A stretch of 64,000 bases of DNA, from the NCBI RefSeq assembly GCF_018977255.1, contig NW_024704742.1, positions 75,518,001-75,582,000 of the forward strand, in the 5' to 3' direction. This DNA is from Callorhinchus milii. Its lineage: Eukaryota. The notes under the pieces are model-generated. The model saw only the letters and a program-made list of their open reading frames with translations. It was not told where the DNA came from and did no database searches. Every line of letters begins with the position of its first letter. Within the stretch, counting starts at the first letter, position 1. The position numbers were made by a program, and so were the translations under genes. Of the stretch, positions 1 through 12,100 are shown piece after piece.

Positions 1-240
1 GGGGTGACTCATACGCTCGTTTCCCCTGGTGACGGTGACGTAGGTGAACGCCCCTCCTTTCCCTCGCCTCCCTGGAGCCGGGCCGCGCCTGCGCAGGAGT
101 CGGTCGACTCGCCGCTTTCCCGAAATAAGAATGACGTCACTGAGCTGGACGGGCGGTCGCCATGATCTCCCACGTGGGCAGGAAGAGGGTCTGAGAAGGA
201 GGAGGGAAACGCTTCCCTCCTAATGTGACAGGCGCTGCAG
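1..240. promoter_or_regulatory. CpG-rich promoter-like region, probably of a gene lying to the left of the window
   Basis: High GC and CpG density. Contains AP-1 TGACTCA (5-11), CRE TGACGTCA (132-139), E-box CACGTG (171-176), an NRF1-like GCGCCTGCGC and TTCCCGAAA. Confidence 0.65.
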
Positions 241-284
241 CACAAGAGTCATGTGTTGTTGTTGTTGTTAAAGAAGGGAGTGAA

Positions 285-510
285 TAAGAGTTTGTATTGT
301 TTAATAGAGTGGATACGGTGGGAAAGTTCTCCCAAAAGGAGTTATTGTCACAGTGCACAGGTTAGGATTTAAGTGCATAGCTTTACACAGATCCGGCTGT
401 TTCCGCTGGTCGGGGGGGGGGGTCCGTACCCGGGGACACAAGAATAATATTGTGACTGGAGGATCAAAAAGAAAATTTAGGAGGAACCGTTTCACAAAGA
501 GGGGTAGCGA
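285..510 (+). mobile_element. CR1 LINE ORF2 C-terminal fragment
   Basis: Translation RTRGHKNNIVTGGSKRKFRRNRFTKRG resembles the CR1 ORF2 end motif RTRGH...RRxFFSxRV. Confidence 0.6.
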
Positions 511-515
511 GATTG

Positions 516-743
516 CCTACTCCACACAGAGCCTAATAATAATCCCTCCAAAACAAAACAATAATAAATTGGTCATTTTCAATCTACGACTGTTTGTGGG
601 ACATTGCTGTGCGCAATTGGCTGCCGCGTTCGCCCACAAATATACAGTCAATTCACTTTACAGTGTGTTCTGTGAAGCGCTTTGGGACGTCCTCCCGACG
701 TGAAAAGCGCTATATCAAATGCAAGGATTATCATTATTATTAT
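516..743 (+). mobile_element. Deu-type SINE, 5'-truncated young copy
   Basis: Core GTTTGTGGGACATTGCTGTGCGCAATTGGCTGCCGCG, a stem-loop tail and (TTA)n; near-identical to other copies in the window. Confidence 0.85.
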
Positions 744-1006
744 TGCGGAATTTGCTGCCTGCAGAGGTGGTTACACGGGGGAGAAGAATAAAAGGGCACA
801 ATAATAATAATCCATGCATTTGATATAGAACCGTTTCAATCCACGACTGTTTGTGCGACACTGCTGTGCGCAATTGGCTGCTGCGTTCTGCCTACACAAT
901 ATACAGACAATTCACTTTACACTATATTCTGTGAAGCGCTTTGAGACATCTCGAAGACGTGATTAGGCACTATATCAAATGCATGGATTATTATTTCCTT
1001 ATGTCA

Positions 1007-1322
1007 TTGAGATGTCTCAAAGTGCTTCACAGAATATACTATAATGTGGATTGACTATATTTTGTGGGTGAAACACAGCAGACTGTCCCACAAACAGCCA
1101 TGAATGAATAACCAATTTTATTTGGGGGTTTGCTGGCCAGAAAACCAGGAGAAATTCCCTTCTTTTTTCAAATAGTGCCAGGGGATCTTTAACATCTACC
1201 TGAACAGGTTAGACGGGACCTCTGTTTAACGTCTTATCCGTCTTATCCAAGTCCCGACATGGGAATTGAACCCACAAAGCTCTGACTCAGAGGCAAGAGT
1301 GCTACCACTGTGCCAGGCTGAC
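1007..1322 (-). mobile_element. Older tRNA-headed DeuSINE (SacSINE1/AmnSINE1-like)
   Basis: Minus-strand head TGGCACAGTGGTAGCAC...GGGTTCAATTCCC with central GATGTTAAAGATCCC and a Deu-like 3' part. Related copies at about 33235-33500, 48020-48265 and 55225-55487. Confidence 0.65.
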
Positions 1323-1658
1323 ACACAAATGGGAGGGAATAAGGAAATGAGTGGAGACTCGTCTTGAGTATAAATACCAGCCCTGATTGGTTGGATTGAG
1401 TGGCCTGTTTCCGTGCTGTGCATTCTTTGTACATCTTTGTAAGTGTATTTTTAGGAAAATGTGCATAACTGGCCACAAAAACAACCATGACCAATAAATG
1501 ACCAATTTTATTCGGAGGATTGGTGTCCCTTAGGAGAAACTTCCTTCAGTGGCGTAACAGCTCCGGGGGGAGAATCAAAATTTTGCTTACCTTTATTATC
1601 TGTCTCCTCGTGTACTATCTCTTTCCGGCAAAGCGCATGCTTGATGCGGTTATATTGT

Positions 1659-1929
1659 TGAGTCCTGTAGTTCAGTGGTAAGTGCACTTGTCTTACAAGT
1701 GAGAGACCTGGGTTCCATTCCCGGCAAGGAGAAATGTTGGACAAGTTTCCTTACTCGGTTTCCGCTAAAAAAAAATTGGTCACTCAATCCATGACTGTTT
1801 GTGGTACACTGCTGTGCACAATTGGCTGCTGCGTTTCACCCACAAAATATACAGTCAATTCACTTTACAGTATATTCTGTGAAGCTAGAAGACGTGAAAA
1901 GCGCTATATCAAATGCAAGGATTATTATA
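1659..1929 (+). mobile_element. tRNA-Ala-derived SINE with internal deletions
   Basis: A/B box head, Deu core and (TTA)n tail. Confidence 0.8.
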
Positions 1930-2976
1930 TCAAAATGTGGTCTGAGATAACATGTCATTCCACCATTAACGGGTTGGGTCCCAATTACCTCTTCGGCACT
2001 TGTGCGACTACACTATTGTACTTATGCCACTGACTCTTTCCTCCTTTTCAAATAGTCTCACCAGAATAAAACCCACCAGAATAGGTAGACCAAACCTGTT
2101 CCAAAAGATGCCACCTACAACGGTTTAGCATTCCTCAGCACTGTCTTGGAGCATTAGCTTAGATGATGAGGTCAAAGCCTGACAGGGGCTTGAATCCACA
2201 GACAGGAGTGATAACAACTGAACCAAGCTAACATAACTGAGCAAAACAGCAGGAACTGGACTAAAGAATGCTACAATAAGTTTGTGACCGATTGAGTAGC
2301 CCGATCAGTTGTACACTTGACTTTTCACAATAGCCAAATTGATGTACCTGTGCACAATAACCATTGGACAGAGAGCTCATTGCAGAGGCAGTATCACCAC
2401 TTCTTTATGAACTGTCTGCAGCACTGACATATCAACCAGGTAATTTTTTTTGCAATCAGGGCCAGTGAGTTCACAAACTGTTTCAGATCCCATACTCTGA
2501 TGCTAAAAATGCCCCAGTTTTACAATATTATTGCAAGTTAGATGTAAGGAACGCTTAGATATGATAATATATCTCAAACAAAATGTACATTTTTTAAATA
2601 TCACAAATAAAATATTTGGAATAATTAATTTTCCCGTCTAAGTATTTTCCATATTCACTTTTATTCTATATTCCCAATTAATCAAATTTACACTATTTGT
2701 TGCCTATATATAATAATAATAATCCTTGCATTTGATATAGCGCTTTTCACATCTTCTAGACATCTCAAAGTGCTTCACAGAATATGCCGTAAAGTGAATT
2801 GACTGTATATTTGTGGGCGAAACGTGTATTTGTGAAATTTGTGTATCCTGCACTTTTAATGTATTTTCTTACTGGTGTAGTGTTTGAGCACTGAGTTATT
2901 GCCACTTCAGTGAAACCTGGTCTAATTCAATGAATACCAGTTCCATTGAGTGCAAAAACATTGAAGTTTGATTTGG

Positions 2977-3176
2977 TCACATCATAAGAGTAAACAGGCC
3001 AAGCTTATGAATTATTCTTAGATCAATGTCAGAAGCACTGAATGTGTTAACTTGTCCGTGGCTAAGGGAGCTGGTAGTCCAAACATGAATCATCTTGTTG
3101 TTGAAGATAAAGGATTCAGAAACAAAATAATGAGCCGGAAGAATTACAATCGTATACTGTGGTAACATTATACACT
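2977..3176 (-). CDS. THAP1: Probable THAP1-like exon 4 (terminal)
   Basis: TTCTTTGGTCTGCAG acceptor, phase-1 compatible. [11 protein letters not shown] resembles the THAP1 C-terminal YVILPNDYF. AATAAA on the minus strand at 2660-2665. Confidence 0.6.
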
Positions 3177-6100
3177 CTGCAGACCAAAGAAATTAAATTT
3201 TGTATCTTGCGTTGGTCAACTTCAGATCTGGTACTTATGGACCTTTCTTAAGGAAATAAGTCTGTTAAGTGTCGGAGCTTGGCTGGAACCCTAGATAAGG
3301 CAGTTACATGGGATCAATCAGAGCCGCCTCTAACTCTCAGTGCAGTCAGTCCTGGAACAGTCTTTGAAATAAAAGACCTGCTCAATCTAAAGTCCATCTG
3401 TCTAGAGAACTCGACAGCAGCAGGCCACAAGTCCTTCTTTGGGAAGATTACGAAGTGCAGAGAACTAGTGTCAATCATAAGGCCAGTGATGACCTTGATC
3501 TCAGAGTCTCAGTTGCCAACTGTCTGCTTGCTGGACTTCCCAACTCTTCCCTCCACAAGCTGCAGATTATTCAGAACTCTACAGCTTTGGGGAGCCTGGT
3601 GTCCTCTCCCTCACCAGCCTCCCTGAACCAATTGCCCCTGTTCTTGCCCGGCTTCACTGGCTTCCCATCCCTCAGATAATTGAGTACAAAACCCTTGTTA
3701 TCACCTTCAAAGCACTCCACCGTCTTGTTCACCCCTACCTCTCCGACCTCCTAACCCCAATTCAGCCTGTCTACTCCCTCTGACACCAGCCTGCTTCAGC
3801 CCAGCACTTCCCTCACCAACATTGGCAGTGGGGCATTCAGCATTTCAGCCCCCACACTCTGGAACTCTATCCAACAATCCCTCCACTTTATTCCCTCTCT
3901 TGCCTCCTACAAGTCCCGTCTAAAGGCCTTCCTCTCCGATCATGCCTTCGGCCACTCTCCCACCCTCACCCCCACCTGCCCTCAACCCCTTCAGATCCAA
4001 ATCCCAGTCTAAAAGGCCGTCTTTCCGACGTGAAGGGCGCTATATAAGTTTAATTTGTTGTTGTTGTGGACCTTTGAACAGGTCCAGAAAATATGTGTGA
4101 GAGTTCCAATAGGGACTTTAAACTCATATTGCTGTGTGCAGATTGGCTGCCACGTTACTTTATAGTAAATTCTGTGAAGTGCTTTGAAATGTCAGAGCCA
4201 TGTAGCGTATTGGTTAGAGCACTCACCTCGCAAGCGAGAGGACGTGGGTTCGACTCCTGGGCCAGGGGAAGCATTAGGCAAGTTTCCTTACTCCACACAC
4301 CTGTTTACCTAGCGGTAAGTAGGAATCCAGTTGTTAGTCGATTGGCGGATTGCTTTTCTGGGGGTAATAATGCCTTAAAAATGTTTTAAATAACTTTGTC
4401 ACTCAATCCACGACTGTTTGTGGGACACCACTGTGCACATTTGGCTCCTGCAATTCGGCCACAAAATATACAGTCAATTAACTTTGCAGTATTATCAGTG
4501 AAGCGCTTTGAGACGTCTCAGAGGTGTGATAAGGTGCTATATGAAATGCAAGTATTATTATTACGATGTCCTTCTCATATGAAATGTGCTACATCAAATG
4601 TAAGGATTCTTATTTTTAACGTCCTCCTGAGTAGGCAGATGGGCCCTTGGTTTAATGTCTCACCTGAAGAATGGGACCACCAGCAATGGAGTTCACCCCC
4701 AGCATTGCTTTGGAGTGTCAGCCATATAAATTCAAGTCCCAACAAACTGAGGGGCACACTGAGAGTATCGGGGGGGTGCATCAGGGTTATCACCTGGCTG
4801 ATGTTTAACTGGTCTGACTTTTTTGTACTCCCTTGCTCATTGCCAACTCTTTACACTGCCGGGATATGTGCGAGGGAGAATGTCCCAGGTGAGAGCGCAG
4901 ACGAGGGGCTGGGAGAGAACCCAGCAATGTGCATGCATGGCTTTGTGTTAGGAAGATCTTCAGATGAAAGGTAAGTTAATCTTTGAAATTTCCTTCCCCA
5001 ATGTCCCCCTATTTAGTAATACTTAAAAGGTAAAAAAACCTAAGGATTATTCAATGGTTCTTTATTTTACTGTATAAGAATTTATGTTAATACCTGTCAC
5101 AAGTATTATTATCTTGTTATATTACTGTATTTATGTTAGTATCTGTTATTATATATTCTATTATTATGAGTATTTATATTAGTACTGTACCTCTTTGCGT
5201 AGAAAGCAACAAGTCAGTCGGGAGGTAAATATATATTTATGTAATATAATGGTAATTGTATTTTTATCATTATATTATCTTGTTATTATTTATTAGCTAC
5301 CGTTTATGATAAATATATGTAGTTGAAAACAATGTAGGCCTTGTGTCATTGAGAGATATATGAAACTCACTAAGTTTATTCAGTAATAATAATAATAATC
5401 CTTGCATTTGATATAGCGCTTTTCACGTCGGGAGTACGTCCCAAAGCGCTTCACAGAACACACTGTAAAGTGAATTGACTGTATATTTGTGGGCGAACGC
5501 GGCAGCCAATTGCGCACAGCAATGTCCCACAAACAGTCGTAGATTGAAAATGACCAACTTATTATTGTTTTGGGTTTTTTTGGAGGGATTATTATTAGGG
5601 TGTGGAGTAAGGAAACTTGCCCAAGGTTTCGCCCTGTGCCTGGAATTGAACTCAGGTCTCTCGCTTGCAAAGCGAGTGCTCTAACCACTGAGCTACAGGA
5701 CTCCATAGAGTAGTAGTAGAGTAGCGGCACTGTGTTACTAATGTTGCTTTAAAGTCCAACTTGAATGATAGAGACAAAGCAGCTGCTGCTGAAACTCCAC
5801 ACTTCCAAATGGTGGAACTAACAGCTGAATGTCCAGGATGGTGGCAATGCTCTCATGCATTTCATGCTGAATTATACTGCTCATCAAGTGTCTCACAAAT
5901 GGTTCTTGGCACCTACTATCCACGTAGTGAAGGCTCAAATCCATGCTTGTCAGATGTCTAGTGATCAACTAATGATTACCCTACTTAATACAAAAACAAT
6001 TTGCATTTATATAGTGCCTTTCACACAGGGTGGGAACTCTGAGCAATTGACAGTGGTGGAGTCTGACCCCGAGTCAGGGGGAGAGGGAAGGGGGAGGTAA

Positions 6101-9100
6101 CCGTAAGCAAGGTCAAAAAGGAAGATCTTTAGGCGGGATTTGAAATTGGGGAGGGGGCAAGACAGAGGGATTGAAGGTGAGAGTTGAAGAGCTTTGGGGC
6201 ATAGTGGCTGAAAGCACGGCCACTAATTGTGGAGCGAAGGGCACTAGGGATGAACTGAAAGCCCGAGCCAGCCGAGCGGAGGCAACAGGTGGGGGAGTGA
6301 GGGGTAAGCAGATCGGATAGGTAGGGAGGTGGGAGGGTATGAAGGGATTTGAAAATGAGAGGATCAGAGAAGGTTATGGGGAGATTTAATAGAGGTGTTC
6401 TATTTGATTGTTTGAGTGTTATAAGGCTGTTACCCCATGTCTGCGGATGATGTTACCAAGAGGGAATATGAACATGTTGAAGAGAGAACCAATTTGTGAC
6501 AAATGTTATGTTCTTATTAAATTAGATAATTTATCCCCAAAGCAACTCTGCATTATTACTACAACAGAGCTTGCAATCTAGAACCATCTCAATACCTACT
6601 CATTCATTGACCATTCAGAAAAATATCATACAGAAAGAAGAAAATCTTTAAATATCAATCCTTAGCTTCATGAAAGTTGGCAATGATAATAACTGATGCC
6701 ATAAATTATGCCTTCAATACCTGAGCACAAAACATGCGACTAAGGTTGCAGCATATTAGAACTTACTTTCCGATGTTAAATTGAGATCTCACCTGTCGGT
6801 ACACATGGGTGTTAAACCATCCCATGACACTATTTGAAAAAAGAAGGAAGCTTAGAATCATGGAATTTTACAGCACAGCTATCCAACTAGTCCCACTCCC
6901 GTTCTTATCCCATTGCCTTGCAAATTTTTCCTTTTCAAGTACATATCCAATCCTCTTTTGAAAGCTACTCTCGAATCTGCTTACATCACCCTTTCAGGCA
7001 GTGCATTCCAGATCGTAACAACTCGCTGGGTAAAACATGTTTCCCTTGTATCCCCTCTGGTTGCCAACTATATTAAATCTGGTTACCGACCCATCTGCCA
7101 GAGGAAAGTTTCTCATTAATTCACTCTATCAAAAACCCTCATAACACTCAAACAATCAAATAGAACACCTCTATTAAATCTCCCCTTAACTTTTTCTGAT
7201 CCAAGGAGATCCTTCCCACCTCTCCAGTCTCTCCACATAACTGAAGATCCTCAACCCTGGTATCATTCTGGTAAATCTTCTCTGCACCCTCTCCAAGGCC
7301 CTGATATCCTTCCTAAAGTGTGGTGCTGAGAATTGGAAACAATACTCCAGCTGAGGCTTCTCCCAGTGTCCTGCCTAATAACCCTACAAATAAAATTGGT
7401 CATTCATTTCATGACTGTCGCATTCCCCTACAAATATAGTCACTGCACATTACAGAAATCTTCATGAACATTTGAGACATTCTCAATGTTTTAGGTGCTT
7501 TATCAAATCCAAAAATTATTATAAATACCAATCGGCCACACTCAAATTCCACCATAAGAGCATCATATACCCTGTACTGACTATACCAGAGTGTATGGTA
7601 CTAACTGATTTCACTGTCTCATCATCCTCAAGAGCCAGATAACTGACACCAGTTCAACTTTTGTTTTTGTTCATTCCTCTTTGGCTTCACAACCAGCCTG
7701 GCTCATTGACAGGACTTGGAAGTCACTCTGGGCTGGGAATCATCCCAGTCAGCCTCTGTTAACCCTGTAAGCCAAAGCCCTAACAGGTCAGGTGGTCCTA
7801 GTTGGACAAGCAGCGGGAAAGCTTGCCAGACAGCAATATCAATGGCAAGCTATGCGGTTTTAGCTAGTTAGGCTCTACTTCCATCCTGTAACCCACTTCC
7901 AGAATGACTTTTCTTTTCTATCTCTCTCCCTGTTTTCAAAATTCTCCAAGTCCAAAAACTCCAAAAAATCTAGCTCTTTAACCATGCCTTCAGTCACCTT
8001 TAAAATCATCCCAATTTTTGTTCGAGACTTAACATTAATATAATTGGCTCTATCATTGCAAGTTGTTATTGTAATTGGACTAGAATAAAATATTTATTCC
8101 AAAAGTAGCTTTTTTCAACTTTATTTAAGAAAAATAAGAAAATCCTATGAAATGTTTACACATTAATATATTTTTACCCAGCACCTTAAACTGATATTTC
8201 TATGAAAATAGGCTACTTTTCAATTTTAGTTGGTAAAGCAACATTTCCTTTTTTTAAAAAAGTGCTCTGAACTCTTTGCAGATAGAATGCAGAAGTGATT
8301 TCACATTGGTGATTTCACATTGAAGTTTTACAGAAACTGGAAAGCCTGAAAATGATAATCGTTGCATTTGATATGGTGCCTTATCACGTCTTCAAAGCGC
8401 TTCACAGGATATACTGTAGTGAATTGACTGTATATTTTGGGGACGAAATGCGGCAGCCAATTGCACACAGCAGTGTCCCACAAACAGTCGTGTATTGAGT
8501 GACCAAATTCTTATTTATTGGTTTATCATTCCACATCATAGCTGTTTGTTTAACCTAACTTTATGTGGTTTGTTTCATGTTGGCTTTCATTTGAACAGGC
8601 AAAAATGTAACCAACAAGTGGTTTCCTTACTCAATTGATCCTTAACCCCAGATAATACAGACCTAGTTTCTCAATCTTAGCAAGATTTCTGAATCTTAAA
8701 AAAAAATCTAAATGTAGGGCAAGATTATAGTAAAAACTTCCCTGTAGTACTAACTGCTTCAAATATAGCTGATTTAGTGGAGGAAACAAACATTTTTCAA
8801 ATTTAAGCATCCTACCCTCCCTGCTCCTCACCCGCCCCGATTCCAACCCCCAACTCGGATTCAAATCCCTGACTGTTCAGCGCCTTGGGATGTCCTTCCG
8901 ACATGAAAGGCACTATACAAATATAATTTTTAATTGTATCAATTATTTCATACAAGGCGTCGTGTAACAACACACACTTTGATGTGGTAACATCTCTTGG
9001 ACATTCAGCTCCTGCAGCAGCTTCTTCATTCTCTCTAGTTGTTGCTCCTGGCGGCGAGATTTCTGTTGAAGGAACTTCAGTTTCTTTTTCAATTTTTCAT

Positions 9101-12100
9101 TCTGTTCTTCCAACTGCTGAATCCTTCTCTTTTGCAAACGCGCATCCCCAACACTGTAGCTATGGTCATAAATAGTCAGAAGATCACTTGGTGGTGTTGG
9201 TTCAGATAGATCACATGACTGCTTTGGTACAGGTTCTACTTTAACTTCTACTTCTGTTATGGATTGTTCTCTTGGCGTCAACGTTTCCAATTTCTATAAA
9301 TACATTAAAATAGACATGACACAACCGCATCTCTAATTAAGCACGAGTGTATTTCTCTTCAGACCACACCAGGTTCCACGATCCCATCACCCCACCCTCG
9401 CCCGGCTCCACTGGCCTCAGAGGATAGAGTTCAAAATCCTCACCTCGCTGCCAGTCTTCCCCCTCCCTACCTCTGCCTCCTCGTGCTCCTCAACCTCTGC
9501 TGCCTTAGATACCGTGGACCATTCCATCCTCCTCCACCGCCTCCTCTCACCTCAACCTTCAAGGTTTGGTCCTTGAATGGTTCAGGTCTCATCTCTCACA
9601 CGGTCCCCATTTGTCTCCGCTAAGTTTCTCTTCCAGCCTCTGCACAGTCTAGTGTGGCGTTCCTCAGGGGTCTGTCCTGGATCCCCTGCTCTTCAACCTG
9701 TACATACTCCCGCTTGGTAACATCATCTGCAGATATGGGGTCAACTTCCACATATACTCGGATGACACCCAACTCTATCTCTCTGCCTCCACCCTTGATT
9801 CTAGGGCAACTGACGTCCTGACAGATTAGACTGTCAAACATTAAGTTCTGGATGAGAGCTAACTTTCTACAGTTGAATGTCAGCAAGACTGAGGCCTTCC
9901 TGATTGGTTCGCGCTAGCGCCTCCGCACCTCAGGCACTGGCAGCATCAGCATCTATAGATGCACACTCCACTTCACCAAGCCAGTCAGGCACCTAGGCAG
10001 CTTGTTCGACCCTCAACTGTCTTTTCTCCCCTACAACCGTGCCATGACCTGCTCTGCCTTCCGCCACCTCCGCAACATTGCCCAACTCTGCCACTGCCTC
10101 ACCCCTCAGATCGCCGAAACCCTCATCCATGTATTCATCACCTCAAGGCTCGATGACGGAAACTCCCTCCTTGTCAGCCTCCCCAACTCTTCCCTCCACA
10201 AGCTGCAGATCATCTGTGTCCTCTCCCGTACAAGTCTCTGTGACCCCATCACCCCCACTCTCGCCTGGCTCTCCATTTCTCAGAGGATAAAATTCAAAAT
10301 CCTCGCCCTCACTTTCAAGAACCTCCACGGCTTTGCCCCTCCTACATCTGACCTGCTGAGCCCCTATCAATCTGTCTGCTCCCTCCGGCTCTGGCCTGCT
10401 CCAGGTCTCCTGCCCGACTCAGCCTCTCTGCCTCCACTCTTTGGAACTCCACCCCACAATCCCTTTGCCTTGCTCCCTCTGTTGCCTCCTTCAAGAGCCT
10501 CCTTTTTGACCATGTCTTCAGCTGCTCTCCTACCCCCTCTGCCTTCCCTCATCCCAAACCTGACCCCCATGCTCGGATCCTGATCCCTGACTGTTCAGCG
10601 CCTTGGGACGTCCTCCGACATGAAAGGTGCTTTACACATGTAATTTTGCTGTTGTTGTTGCTGACCCCATATCACCTGCTTGCTCCCTCCGCTCAGCAGG
10701 CTCTGGCCGGCTCCATGTCCCCTGCCTGGCCCGCCCCACCATCGGCGGCCAGGCCATAGGCCTTTCTGACCCCACCCTATGGAACTTCATCCCACATTCC
10801 CTTTGCCTCGTGCCCTCCCTTGCATCCTTTAAGGTGCTTAGAATCCTCGTCTTTGACCGAGCCTTCGGCCATGCTCCTGTCCCCCCGTCCTCCACCTTCC
10901 CTGATCCCAACCCCCAGCTCGGGTCCAAATCCTTGACTGTCCAGCACCTTGGGATCTCCTCCCGACGTGAAAGGTGCTATACAAATGTAATTTTGTATTG
11001 TATTGGGCTCTATAATACTGAATGCAAAACACCTGATTTTACTTAACCATTTACTACTCCCAAAGTAAGCGAATGTATTAGGTGTAAAGAACTTTGAATC
11101 TACCAGTATAATGAGATGCACTGTAGTTCAGATACAATTAACTAAAATTTGAAAATATTGGATACAGTCCTCTACCTGTGATCGGGAATTTAAATGATAA
11201 ATGATAAATGAGTTAAAATTCTGCACTTGTATCAGAAACGATGCATTGTTCTATCATCTGCTATTTTATCTGAAAGCTTAAAAAAGCAGGTACATTTCCT
11301 GAGCAATATGTGCAATTAAAATGATGGTGTTACTAACAACAGATCATCTAATTTTGCATTATAACTGAATCCCTCTTTAAAATGTTTACCTTTGTTTGTT
11401 GTTTTGGTCGTGTGAAGCAGAATATGGAAGGGACAGCGTTTTCCTCCAGTATTTTGTTGTTACAATTCTTTCTGAAACAGTCTACTGTGAAGTGTTCTGA
11501 GCAGAGATTACTGTTTTTGGTGGGTGTAAAGTTCCGCCTCCTCACTGCAGCCACCCACTTCTTGCAGAGCTCAGGTCGTTTCAGGGGAAACCTTTAAATT
11601 CAGGTTCAGAAAGAACTTAAGACAACAATAACAACAACAAAATTACATTTGCAAAGCGCCTTTCATGTCGGTAGGACGTCCCAAGGCCTGAAAGATAAGT
11701 TATCTTTGCAAGCAGGTTTCTGATTCATTAAAAGGTAGTTAATTATTATTATAATTATTATAGTTCAGGTGCAAATATGCCCTCTGTGCACTTTATATTA
11801 CTAACAGACAGATAGAAGGTGTGCAAGATGTGTGCTCCTGAGACATGAAAGGTATCATATCAAATGTATGGATTAATTATTATTAATAACAAGTATTTAT
11901 ACTATACTGAGAAATAATTCTGCTCTCTGGGCTCAGCTTCTGAATCACCTCAGCCTGAACTGTTCAGCTGTACTGCTTCCTATCTTCCACTCACACCAAT
12001 AAAAATAGTGTGAATAGTTTTCCATGGCAGAGCTGTAGTTAAGCAGTAAATTGAAGTTGACAATCGCTGGCAAAGTACTAAACTTGCAGTTTAACACTTT

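Noticed and set aside
5380..5730. Recurring ORFs such as [17 protein letters not shown] and [16 protein letters not shown]
   Set aside because: These are translations of SINE copies, not a gene family.
5738..5968. 76-aa minus-strand ORF as another THAP1 exon
   Set aside because: No recognisable homology, and no convincing splice pair was found.
3158..8993. Intron gain by tandem duplication (ATGTTACCACA on both sides of the putative THAP1 intron 3)
   Set aside because: The similarity is short, and collapsing the duplicate at the splice sites would not restore the reading frame, so it may be chance.
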